DNA from: Monocercomonoides exilis PA203
Taxonomy: Eukaryota > Protista > Preaxostyla
NCBI GenBank assembly: GCA_001643675.2
Contig: LSRY02000010.1
Coordinates: 62,001-126,000 of the forward strand
Direction: 5' to 3'
DNA: 64,000 bases
Shown here: positions 38,026-50,304 of the stretch, piece after piece
Position numbering within the stretch: the stretch's first letter is position 1
How the letters are laid out: every line of letters begins with the position of its first letter
Program-made: the position numbers and the translations under genes
Notes under the pieces: model-generated
What the model was told of the DNA's origin: nothing
What the model saw: only the letters and a program-made list of their open reading frames with translations
The model's database searches: none

Positions 38026-39456
38026 ATGTCGTCTGCATGTTTAACTGAACAAGATATCAAGGAGCTTGTAGATAGATTTATTAGATATTGCAAAATTGAT
38101 TCTCAGAGTGCACATGATGTTGAGAAAGTCCCTACAACTGAAAAGCAATTTGAAATGGCGAAACTATTAGTAAAGGAGCTTTCTGAACTGGGATTAGAGG
38201 CTAAATTGTCTGATAAATGTTCTGTGTGCGCTATTATTCCTGGAAATGCAAAAGCAAGCAAAACTATTGGATTAAATTCTCATGTTGATGTTTCCCCAGA
38301 TGCTCCAAGCCAAAACATTCAGCCAATGATTCATCACAAAATTTCTGGTAAAGATTTGAGACTTCCAAGTGGCACTGTTATTCCTGGAGCAGATCTTTCT
38401 TTTTATGAAGGACAAGATATTATTACAAGTGATGGATCAACTCTGCTTGGTGCAGATGACAAAGCTGGTGTTGCTTCCATTATGCAATTTGTCACAATTA
38501 TACAAAGAGCTGGAACTGCAATTCCTCATGGAGATATTTATATTTTATTCACTTCTGATGAAGAAGTTGGAAAAGGAGCCGATTCTGCTGACATGAATGT
38601 TTTCAAGCCTGACGTAGCATTTACTGTGGACGGTGGACGAATTGGTGAGTACGAATGTGAAACATTTAGTGCATACGGATGCACACTTCGCGTCACAGGC
38701 GTAGACATTCATCCAGGGAGCGCGTATCAAGTCATGGTGAACGCTGCAAAAGTTGCAAGTGAATTCACAACTCTTCTTCCTCAAGATCAGGCTCCTGAAA
38801 CAACAAAAGAAAAGGAAGGTTTCATTCACGTAACGTCAATGGAAGGAGATGTCTCAGAAGCAACTGTTCAAATGATTATTAGAGATTTTGAAGATGCTGT
38901 ATGTTTATTTTTTTTTTTCAATTTTGACAGGAAAGTGTATATGCCATATTTTAATTTATGATTTTATAATTAAAATTGCATGTGTAGGGGCTGCAAGCAA
39001 AGATTGAAACAATTAATTCAATTGTGAAGTCTTTGAAAGAAAAACATCCAAAAGCTGTCATTGAAGCAACATTTAAAAAACAGTTTGCTCGTTCTGTTCA
39101 ATTATTTCCATTATATATTGAATTTATCAATTCTTTTCTTCTTCTTCTTCTTCTTCTTCTTAATTTTAATTTTTGTCGCAAGATACTCCAACATGATAAA
39201 GTACATTCTCCCTGAGCATGCATATCTCTTGGAGCATCTTGAAGCTGCCATCCGTGAAAGCGGAGTGACTCCCAACAGAAAGCCAATCAGAGGCGGCACA
39301 GACGGCGCACGCTTTTCTGAGTTGGGAATACCCACACCAAACATTTTTGCTGGCGGAGAAAACTTCCACAGCAAGCGAGAGTTTGTGTCGATTCAGTCTC
39401 TTTCGAAGGTTCCAGAGGTTCTGCTGAGGCTGGTCCAGAAATTTGTGATTGCATAA
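38026..39456 (+). CDS. pepT: Peptidase T (tripeptide aminopeptidase, M20B), 2 introns
   Basis: Motifs: RFIRYCKIDSQS, SHVDVSPD, IITSDGSTLLGADDKAG, FTSDEEVG, TVDG, FSA, IHPGSA..MVNA, PETT..EGF, IIRDF, PIRGGTDGA, PTPNIFAGGENFH. Introns at ~38899-38987 and ~39083-39182 restore the frame. Confidence 0.93.
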
Positions 39457-39842
39457 GACTGTAGTGAGGAAGTACCAACATCGTTACAGGATTACATTTC
39501 CTGAGTATATTTTCGTTTACAAAAAAAAAGAATTAGAAAAAAATATTTTATGCATTTTTCGTTATAATTTCAGTTTTATTTAGCACTTTTATGCAACAAT
39601 CAAACACTGAAACATATTCAAAACAACTTCATATTTTGCTAAAATTTGCAACCGCGAGTTACAGATAAATGAATATAAACAATGACAGAAGAAGATGAAG
39701 GATGTGTAGAAGAACTGAACGATGACGTGCAGTGGAAATGCGAAGTGATTTCTGAAGAAAGAAAGATGGAATAACAAATGCCAAATGATGAGTGGATGAA
39801 TTGATGTGTTATGATACACAACGAAGATGATGATAAGTTTGA

Positions 39843-42434
39843 TTAAGACTGTGAGGAAAGTGGAGAGCTTTGCTGTGGCAGTGAAGAAAGCGGCGTCTGC
39901 TTCATAAACTTCTCCTCCATGTTCAGCAGCACGTTCCTCAGCGCTTCATAGAAAGACAGATCAGGATAATGCCTCGTGGCCAGAATGAGCACAGCTGAGC
40001 AGAATTCTCCATATCCCATTACACCCAACCCACCACCAGATCCTCCTCCACCACTGCTGTATGAAGAATACCTTTACAAAAACAAAACAAATTAATAAAT
40101 AAATAAATTAATAAATGAGTTAAATATTAAAAATATCACCAAATCGCAAATAAAAAATTATGTTTCAATTGATTTCATTTTATAACAAAAATTCAAATTT
40201 ATAAATTTTTCTGTCACAAACATTCCGACGCTGGTACTTGATGATGAAGAAGAGGAGCCCGTGCTATGCCTTGTGACTTCTCGATACAACAAGTCAAGAT
40301 CAGCCTGAGTCACCGTCTTTCCGTCTGACAAGCCCGCATTTCGTCCAAACTGGCAGAACTTGCTGCAGCTGATGGCATGTCTCTTCATTGACGCGTATGA
40401 CAGTGAAATCGGAGCAGAGGAGGAAGAAGACGAAGGGGCGCGTGCAAACATGCCTGTCCTAATCGGAGCAGAGATGCCAACGCTTCCTCCACTTCCTCTC
40501 CGCTCCACTCTCCCACCAAACCGAGAAGGCGCAGTTCCTTTTTGTCTCCCTTTGTCTCTTGAACTTGTTGCAGAAGACGAGCTGGAGTTTGAACTTGAAT
40601 TGGAAGAAGATGATGCATAAGCGTTTGCATAGCTCAGCCCTGCGCCAATCTTCGAGCCTCCATCTGCAGTTCCGCTTGTAGCTCGTTCTGCATACTCCAA
40701 GAAATACCTCTGAAACTCAGTCGAGTTTGTTGCTCCGAAGCTTGCAATCATTTTCAGCCCCGTCAGCCCCCTCACCCCGCATGCCTTGTAGAATGACTCG
40801 TGCAGCACAGCAGAGTTGAAGATGCGCATTCTGTTGAGATCTGAACGCTTTTTGAAAGAAGGGTGTGATTCAGAATAAATCAGACGATAGAACCCATCTG
40901 GAGACTCGATTGGCTCCGTTTCGTCGACAATTTCCGCCTCTCCACTCTCTCCACTCTCTGCTTCGCTCTTTCGGTATCTCTCTTCACCTTCTCGATCACT
41001 TCTCTTCAACTCGCTCTCCTCTCTTCCCTGCCTCTTCTTCTTCATCCGTTCGAGTCTTTCATTGCTTGCTTGAATCCTCTTCTTTTCAAAAGCCTCATTT
41101 TCTGCCGCCAGGCGGAGCGCCGAGCAGATCACCAGAAACTTAATCTTCTGATCGAGAGGTGAGTCGCACACAAATGATGGTGAATGGTTGATTTCAACAA
41201 TCCACGGGCGCAGGCGATAATCCAGAAGAATATCAAAGCCAATGATGTGAAAACATTGTGATGTGTGTGAAAATGTAGCCATTTGATCAGATGAGAATTG
41301 TGTTTGTGTCATCGATGCTGATGATGAGGCAGTAGAAGAAGATGTTTCTTTCTCTTTCTCTTTCTCTTTGAGCCTTTCTTTTTCTCCCCACAACGTTATT
41401 GGTGGAGATGCATGCAAAGCGTATCCAGATAGTAGCGACGGTTGTATAGCAAGCATTGTCTTCACTATCACGTTGATAATCTGTTCCCACATTTCATCGA
41501 CATCGTAACCCTTTTGCTTGAGAAGTCTTGTAACTGATGATAAGCTCCGTTTTGATCCTTTATCATCGTCTTTGGCATCTTCGTTAGCAATGAAATCCTT
41601 TGAACGCTTATTCACTGCATAATTTGTTAGATGCATAAAAACATTGCTCATATTTTCCCTTGTTACACTTCCTTCATATTTCTTTGTGCAGAATCGTGCT
41701 AAGCCTTCTCTTCCAAGCCATATCCTTAGCGGTGCAACAGACGTTACCAACACATAGATACGGAAATCAAATTTGTATCCATCGATCAAAAACGGCTTAT
41801 CAACGTATCGCTGTACAACTTGCGCATTTGGGAGGATATCTGATAACGTTTGAGCAAGATATATTCCTTGTCCTTGAGAGCCAGCAGTTGGTTTCACAAT
41901 ATACGTTCGAGGACGTTCTCCGGGTTGTGCTAAGGCAAATTCTTCATTTAATTCTGCTGAATCCTGAGGAAGAACCCACGTTCGAGGAACAAACCGAAAA
42001 TCGCTTGGAAACGTCAGTCTCATTCGATTTATATTCTGAAAGAAAATTCCCTTCCGAGAAAGTTCATTCATCATTGGGAAGCGGGACATAACCTGATATA
42101 TATTCATTCTAGACAAAGTATCAAAAGAAGGTGGTGAATCTGTCCAAATAACTTTGCAATGATCAAATTTATCACAATCTCGATAATCAAGGTATTGAGC
42201 CGCAAAACGCACTATAAAGCATTCATTACCAAAAATAGTTTAAAGGTGCAATAGAAGCAACATCAACAAAGTCATAATTTGAACATTTTTCAAACCAATA
42301 TCATATCTACACTCCTCAAGAAGTATGCATTTTTTTCCAGCTTTCCTTGACTGAGGGGTGCAAAGCTTAATATAAGGGTCGTCATCGTCTTCTTCTTCCT
42401 CTTCTTCAACCTTTATTGAACCTCGACGAGACAT
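39843..42434 (-). CDS. TTLL11: Tubulin-tyrosine-ligase-like tubulin polyglutamylase, TTLL11-like (multi-exon)
   Basis: TTL core motifs: FVPRTWVLP, YIVKPTAGSQGQGIYL, QRYVDKPFLIDGYKFDFRIYVLV, ARFCT, HLTNYAVN, CFHIIGFDILLD, EINHSPSF. The C-terminal region CGVRG...KFCQFGRNAGL..QADLDLLYREVTR...GMGYGEFCSAVLILATRHY resembles the TTLL11 tail. Family is confident; subfamily is less so. Confidence 0.8.
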
Positions 42435-43506
42435 TATTTTCTTATCTTTTCAATAAAACTTGAAATTTGATTATTGGATTATAGTTTTGATCAATATTCT
42501 GTTGAATTTTTTCAATAATAAATAGAAAAATGGAAAAAGATTTTTTTTCGAAAAAGAAAGAAAAGAAATATGCTTTTTGTAAACATGTGTTACAGATTAA
42601 AATATTTTTGACTCGTCCGTCAGTAATAAAAAATCCACGTCAGTTTTGGTATTTGAAAAAAAAAGAAATTTTCTCTGATTTTTGGACTTTTCGTAATATA
42701 TATCAAATTGCTTTTTAACATTCATTTTATTCTATTTTTTGAACTTTTCTTTTTTTCATAAATTAATTTAAAATTACTTCCCTGCAGAATACTGACTTTA
42801 TTAACAGTCACTGACTTCACTGACTTCACTGACGGTCCGATGATCAATTCATTTCAAATATGATTTTTTGTCAATATCCTTTTTTGAGAAACGCATTTTC
42901 ATTCTTCTTTTATTTGAATTAATATTTATCAATATTTGCACATGCAATTATTTGTTCTTATAGTTGAAGTTCTGAAGTGAACATTATAACTCGTTCAGTC
43001 AGGAAACCAATTTTGTCAGCCAATAGTCACAAAGTCACACATGATTAGCTTTTTGTAGAAAATATGGGGGAAAATATGAACTCTCAAGCCTTTTTTGTAC
43101 AAGGCATTGAAAAATTGCTTCACTCATAACTTTTCTCAACTTTCTCAGATTTCAAAATAAATTTGATTTCCTCATCCGAAAACAGGCATCGTTGAAATCG
43201 AATCATAAAGTTTTCCAACATTTCACGAAAGTCAAAAAAAGGAACTATATTTTTTGTGTTTTTTGATCTCAAAAAGTCAATGAAAAGTACATAATTTATC
43301 AATGAAATTGTCTGAAGTGATATATTTTACCCCATATGAGCAAAAAGACAATTCTTTTGCGCAAAACTTCTTTCTGTAATTTTAAACAATGTTTGCAAAA
43401 ATTTTCACTATATTTTTTCGATTCGAATTTTGATAACAAGGATGATTCTTTAAGAAGTCATGTTCTTTTCTATCAAGAATTTAAGTTAAAATTTTCTTTA
43501 TGAAAA

Positions 43507-43652
43507 TGGGACGAATGTTTTTGCTTTTTGAATTTTGTTCCATTCAATTATTTCCTGATTTTTCCTCTAATTTTAATTATTATCTTTATAATTATTCATG
43601 TGAATGTTGGACATTGAATGATACGATACAAAAAATTTTTTGGAACAAATCT
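43507..43652 (+). repeat. Dispersed repeat, degenerate copy C
   Basis: tgggacgaatgtttttgctttttgaattttgttccattcaa ... ttggaacaaatc matches both ends of copies A and B. Confidence 0.6.
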
Positions 43653-43689
43653 TTGATTTTTTATTGATATTCGAAATCTGCATTATTAT

Positions 43690-43716
43690 CGATGTGACTA
43701 TTTCCGGTTTTGACTG
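43690..43716. mobile_element. Solo terminal inverted repeat of the neighbouring MITE family
   Basis: cgatgtgactatttccggttttgactg followed by TA closely matches the right TIR at 44501-44527. Confidence 0.7.
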
Positions 43717-44077
43717 TATTCGAGGATTCATGGTTATCTCAAAAACCGAGCTCTTTATTTATTTCTTTTCTTTTCCAATCAGCTTATTTTGTCAATGCAT
43801 AAGTCAAAGAAAGAAAGAGATTTTTTCTTGTGAAAAAGTCACTGAAACCTGAGTAATGGTGGTAAATCATTGAAATTGATGGAAGGTTTCAAAAAATTAA
43901 AATTAAAATTAAAATGAAAGAATATAAAAGAAAGAAAGAAAAGAAAAGAAAGAAAGAAAAAAATATTTTATGGAGAGGGGAAAAGTTAATTTGATTCTTT
44001 GTCAGGGAGAAAATGAAATCTGGAGGAGGTTAAAAATTTTTCATCATTTTTTTTGTTAAAAACTGAAAAAAGGAATA

Positions 44078-44527
44078 CAGTCTAAACCGGATATAATCAC
44101 ATCGGTTTTTGCACAACTTTTTGTGACTATATCCGATTGTGATAAAATACGATGCTGCTTAACGCAGAAAAAAATAAAAATTAATTAATTTATTAATTTG
44201 TTTTGGGTCGATTTTTTCATTTTTGAAAATTCTTCATTAAAACGCATTTTTCACTTGCGAAATTAATTTTTTGCGAAAATGCATATTATTTTAACTTCAT
44301 TGAGCACATTTTCGAAAAATCAAAAAATAAAAATTTTTGATCAAAAAATTGATTTTTCATTGAAAAAGTCACACATTATAATTAAAAATGTGATTATATA
44401 TTTTCATCCCTGTGATTATATGCGATGAAAAATGAATGAAAAATAGGCCAAAAATGTCGGTGCATCGAAAAATGTGACTATAAACGAATGTGATTATATT
44501 CGACGTGATTATATCCGGTTTTGACTG
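44078..44527. mobile_element. Non-autonomous Tc1/mariner/pogo-type MITE, 450 bp
   Basis: 27-bp TIRs cagtctaaaccggatataatcacatcg and the reverse complement of cgacgtgattatatccggttttgactg differ at 2 positions. TA flanks both ends (44076-77 and 44528-29). Internal GTGA(C/T)TATA repeats are present and there is no ORF. Confidence 0.88.
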
Positions 44528-45190
44528 TAATTGTCTTCATTTCAAATAGCAAACATGAAACGAAGTTAAACAATTTTCTTGGACGAATTGAAGGCTCTCA
44601 CAACATTGAAATCAAAACGAATCAATCACAATGAATCAATCATGAGACCATATATCAAAAATATTGACACAAAATGATAAAATGGAATGAGTGGACAAAT
44701 ACTTTTAAAACCATTTGGAGTTATTTTTGAAATTCTTTTCCTTCTCGTGGAATACAAAATTGATACAAAAATTCAAAACAATTGCAGAATCAATGACTGC
44801 AAAATAAAATAAAAAAAAAGAAAAGAATAAAGAAAAAGAAAAAGTGAATTTTCTTTCGATGAATCAGAAGAATCTGATAAAGATGATGATTCTTCTTTGA
44901 CTGTAACAGAAGAAATATCATCAGTTGGTTTTTCTGATAGCAATCGTGTTGATGAATAATAAAAAAAAAATCAATCCCTGGACAATATTTATAATCACCC
45001 CACTTTTCTCTTCAAACAACATTACACTTTTCAATTGCACAAAACATTGATATCTTCCACAATTTTTATTATTCATTTTTTTTTAGGAAAAAAAATTTGG
45101 AGATAATTGAATGAAGATGCATTGATTATTTCCAAATGCAGTATTTATTTGTTAATTTCTGAATTCCAATTTTTCTGTGAAAATATTATA

Positions 45191-45346
45191 TGGGACGAAA
45201 TATTTTGCTTTATGAATTTTGTTCCATTCAACTCAAACAAATATTTTTCTCAATTTTAGAATTTTTCTGTATTATTTGACACGGGAATGAAAGAACAATA
45301 ATGATAAGGTTGGAGAAAAAGTTTGGTACAAATCGTTGTTTTTTCA
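45191..45346 (+). repeat. Dispersed ~160-bp intergenic repeat, copy B
   Basis: Colinear similarity to copy A at 22091-22254. Confidence 0.8.
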
Positions 45347-45478
45347 TAAATGAAATAATTATGCTCCATTTCCGAAACCAGAAACTTTTTTTAAAAAAAT
45401 ATTATGGGTATTCATTTTTAGAAATAATTATTAAATTAACAAACATTTATTTATTTCGATTGCCACATTTAAAAATAG

Positions 45479-48400
45479 ATGTCGCTATCATGGGTATGTG
45501 CTTAAAAATTATATTCATCAATATGGTGTTTATTATTATTATTATTTTAAAGTTACCGAAAGAAATTTGCAGATTGGATGATATTTCAAGAGAAGAATTA
45601 TATCCATATTGGGAATATCTTCAAACGATGCATAAAATTGTTTCAGAAGGTTAGATCTTTTTTTTGTTATCTTGGTAACTATATAAATGGATTTTGATTG
45701 ATAACTTCATTTTGAAATATTCAGATCCGTTATGGCGGCTTCCAGATTTTATAAACAGCTCATTCATTCGATTTCTTGTTGATTCAATGTTTTCAAGAGA
45801 GAATAAAGAACTTTCGGTAATTTTTCCAACATTTTTCCATTTGTTTTTTTATGTTGTAATTTATTTCAAGAACGCATCGATTGAAATTTTAGTGGACCTT
45901 ATTAAAATTTTTTGTCCAAATTCATTGCCTCTTAAGCAAAAAGCAATTGCTTTCGTTTTCAATGCTCTTGTTGATGTTTGTTTTATTATTAAATAATTCA
46001 TGAAATGATTGTCCTTTTTGCATTTTTATGATATTAACTGCAGTTTGACAATCCAATTTGTGCAATTGAGGGAATACGTGGGATTGGGTATGATTATTTT
46101 GCATTGGAAATAAGATTAAGACTTACGAACTTCTATGTTCATTTAGTGTGTTAATTGAATCAACCCCAAGATTTATTCCAGGAGTGATTCAAATTGGTTT
46201 TTTCGAAAGACTTGCAAGACGCATAGAGAAAGAGATGAAACGGACGCATTATTTTGAAGAAGAAATAAGGATGCAGCAGAGAAGGAGGGGAAGATCTCCG
46301 CCACCAGATCAAAGCTCATTTGCCTCACGTTCATTCAAGTGCTATTCAAAATCTCGCTCTCCACCTCCAAAATTTTCTCTAACTGCGTCTTCAACATCAC
46401 CACCTGCATCTCCTCCTGTTTCTCCGTCTGAATCTGCCTCGGCGTCTGTCATGGTTTCCTCAGGAAATCCACAAGAAAAGTCTTCAAAACAGCAGAAAGC
46501 ACAAAAAGCTTATTTACAAGACATCAACCAGAAAAAGCTAGAAGAAACCGAACAGAACGTGAAAAGAAAAGAGAACACCACAAACGCAATCAAAAACGAA
46601 AAGAAGAAGCATTCTGTCTCACCTCCACCAGCACAGCAAAAGCAAAAGCAAAACAAAGAGAATGGCAAAGGCAAAGGAAAAGATGACAAAACATCAAAAT
46701 CTCAATCACCTCCGCCTGTTGCATCGAATGAAAGAGGAGTCAGCTTGTCTCCCCCGCCTTCTGCAAAGACTTCGTCTTCGTCGTCTTCTTCTTTTTCTTC
46801 AGTCAGAAAAGCAGCATCCAAATCACCTCCTCCGAAATGCACTGCTTCTGTTTCTGCTTCTGCCTCAGTCTCATCTGTCTCATCTTCAAGCAATAAAAAA
46901 GAATCATTTAGTTCTTTATCACAAAATTCAAGTAAGCAAAAAGCTGAATCAAAAGCATTTTCTTTATTTGAATCCTCCTCCTCCTCATCTTCTTATGCGA
47001 GTGACAAAGAAATTGAAAGGAAAAAGAGAAAAGAAGAAGAAGATGATGATTATAATGAAGAAGAAGAAGAAGAAGACGAAGATGAAGACGAAGAAGACGA
47101 AGAAGAAGAAGAAGACAGCGATGCTATTGATGATAATGATCATTATGAAGATAATCTACAGATAGCAAAAGCAGCACGAGCTGATAAGTTTGTATCTAAT
47201 GATGCAGTTGCATTGAAAACGAAAACGAAAACGAAAAGGAAAAGAAGGAGAAACAAGGAAAAGATAGACAACGATCGTGATGGCTCAAAGAAAAGGATAG
47301 AAGCCTTAATACAAGACACAATGAAAGAAGAAGAAGAAAAGGAAGAAGAATGGAAAAAGAACTATGCTCAGTTTTATTTGTTTTGTGAGACTTGTTTGAA
47401 CACAATTGAAAGATTTCTCCCTGAAGACGAATTTGGATTTGAAGAAGGAGACGAAAAGATTGAAAAACAAACGAAAGAAAGTGAGACAAAAGAAGAAACT
47501 GAGCTAAAGGAAGAAGAGGTGAAAGAGAAAAAGGATCAAACAGATAAAGCATTAAATGATCAGACAGAAGAAAGAGAAAAAGAAAAAGAAAGAAAAAGAG
47601 AGTTGAAAGAAAAAAAAGAAAAAGAAAAAGAAATTTTCAAAGAAAAACAAAAATATAAGAAAGAAATAGATGTCAATGTGTTTAAATGTCTGCAGTCATT
47701 TTTCGGATTTGCTTTGACAATGAAAAATAAAGAGATAAGAAGAAAAGCACAAAAGATAATAGATTGGATTGCTGTTTGTAGTCAGAATAATGAAATGGAT
47801 AAAAAAGCAGGCAAAGAAAATGAAACAAAAGAAAAAGAAAAAGATGAAGAAGTTAAAAAGTCTTTGCCAAAATCGTTGAAAGAAAGTTGGTCACTTTCAG
47901 AAGAAGTGACAAATGCTGTTTTATTGTTGAGGCTTGCCTTGTCTTCATTTTTATTATCTTTCTATTTTTTGCTTCTCTTTATTGAAAATTTATAATTCTA
48001 TTCATTTTGTGTTCATTCTTCTTTCAACTTTCTTTGATATTCAGTGAGCCACAAACAGCTCAGTCAGGTTTGAATCTTCTTCTGTGGCTGTTCCGCCACG
48101 CACGCAGCATTTATGTCCACCAGGCCATCTGCTCTTTTCTCTTTCATTCGCCTTTTCTCTTTATCGTTTGCCGCATTGTCAAGCAGCATTTGTCCATGCC
48201 ATCGAAAGCATTGTTGTCCAGCAGCAGCTTCTTGAAAGATCTGCTGAGGGTGCTCTGGTGGTTTGCGAGAGGGCGAAAGGAGGCAGCGCTGAAAGTGGCG
48301 CGGATGGGGATTGCTTCTGACCTGGTGCTTGCTATTCCACAAGTGCCAGAGGAGTTGATTATGCCTTGCTTGGCTGTGGTTGCTGAGTGTGTCCGTTGGA

Positions 48401-50304
48401 GAGAGGCATATTGGATTGTGCAGCTTACATCGCCGTTTGTTGAAACGCTGATAAATCTTTGTACTTTGCATCCTCACTCGTTTTCTTCATCGTCACCCGC
48501 AACAACCGCAGAAATAACAAAGACAGAACCATATCTTATGCCTTCCATTTATCTCCTGATGCGCTATGCTTCTGAACCAGATAAGTTTTGCGACACGTTT
48601 AATGATACTTATTTCAGAGCATTTGAAGATAAAAGAAAATTTCGATTTCTGCAGGAATTCGAAAGCAATCCAAAATACTTTGGCTCATTTTTGCGCAAGT
48701 TGGCAGCTTCTGCTGTGGATGATAGTGTTGCTGATGCAGCTGGAGTGCTGTCTTTGCTTCTGTGCGGAAGATACCCGTTTGAATGGACAGAGCAGGAGAT
48801 TCAAGAGAAAAGAAAAGCAGAAATGAAGGAGCGAACTTTGAAGGACAGCAGATATTATTATTGTTGTATTAGTTTCTCAACTTGGGGTTATTTCGGCAGT
48901 TCAGCTTCAGAAGACGCTGAACCACCTGTGCTGATCTATCCCTCTGAAACACATCCAATTGTTCAGTCATGTATTTCAATGCTATTTGATGATGATGCAG
49001 ATGTGTGGAAGATTGCATTCGAGCAGAAGCTGGAAGAGCTGAAGGAAAAAGACACAGAAAGCAATGAAGAGGCATCATCATCATCATCATCTGCATCAGC
49101 CATTGACTCAGAAGAAGACTGGAGCGAATACGACGTGAAAGAAAATAGCAGTGTTATTTTTGAAGAGCTTAAGAATGAAATGAGACGTATAGAAGGCCTT
49201 AAAAGAGAAGCTGACATCAACATTCGTCAAACATCTGCGAATCAAAGTTATCTGCAAAGAGATCAATTCTCAAGTGCACAAGCAGGCAGCAGTTCAAATG
49301 GGGATCAGAAGATTAAACAAGGAAGTGCTTTGTTCAAAGAAGTTGGTGCTTCTTCTGAATGTGGTGAAGAAGACAAAGAAAAAGCTTATATGGATAATAT
49401 TATAAACTCAGTTGAGCTGTCAATTCCTGTTGATCCTTTAGTCAAAGTTGAAAGTGGATTAACTGCCATGTCAATTTTTGTGGGACAAAATGGAATTGAT
49501 TTCAGAATGCGTCCGCTTTATTCGCGTGCCACATTTATAAGAGCACTTGAGCTTTCTTCGTTCCCACACCCACGAATCATCCTGTCTGCGCTGTATGCAA
49601 TGGACAGCTTTACGTTTTCGGCTTTTGGCTTTCGGGCAGCTGGAGTGGATAACCTGCGCTCGGCTGCTAAGCGAGCGGTAGAAATCATCACAGAGATTTA
49701 CAATTACCAGCAGAAAATGAAAAAGATATCCACAATTTTTGAAGGAGGTACTTATTATTTAAAAGCGGATGATGTAATGCCTTCTTCAGTTCCCTCTTGC
49801 TCCGCTTTCCCTTCCTGCTATGCATTTGCAGGATGTGAAAACGAGATCCTTTATGCAGCAATTTGTTTGTATCTCGACATTCTGAACAGCAAAGCAAGAG
49901 ACGACTCCTTAATGCCCGATAAGCCAATCTTCCAAGCCTGTTTCGAACTTCTCTTCAGCCGATCTGATTTTGCAAGATGTTTTATTTCAAACGAGATTCA
50001 CTCTCCTCTCCTTTATGTCCCATTGACTTCCTTCGATTCGCCGTCTGCTTGCTCACTGCCTCAACAGATAAGCGACTGCCTTTGGGTGCATTCAAATAAA
50101 AACGACCAGCAAATTGACTACCCATACAAATATGAAGACGGGAACAGATATCAAAAAATAGCTTCAAGGAATTTGATGTCTTTTCTTAATGATGCCACAT
50201 TCTCACCTCAACTATCCAAAGTTCTATATTCGATTGGATTTGACCAGAAAGCTTTACAAGATCTCAAATATCAACAGTATTCAAAAGGCTACGGTTTTCG
50301 CTGA
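45479..50304 (+). CDS. Multi-exon ARM-repeat-like protein of unknown function with S/P- and E/K-rich insertions
   Basis: Small 5' exons (MSLSW|LPKEICRL...SE|DPLWRLPDF...) lead into ORFs 46148-47995 and 48007-50304. Each ORF end has AT-rich intron-like sequence. Helical ARM-like segments include LLRVLWWFARGRKEAALKVARMGIASDLVLAI. Confidence 0.55.

Noticed and set aside
43120-43302. Small ORF near the MITE as a transposase fragment
   Set aside because: No DDE or HTH motif is recognisable, and it is too short to support the call.
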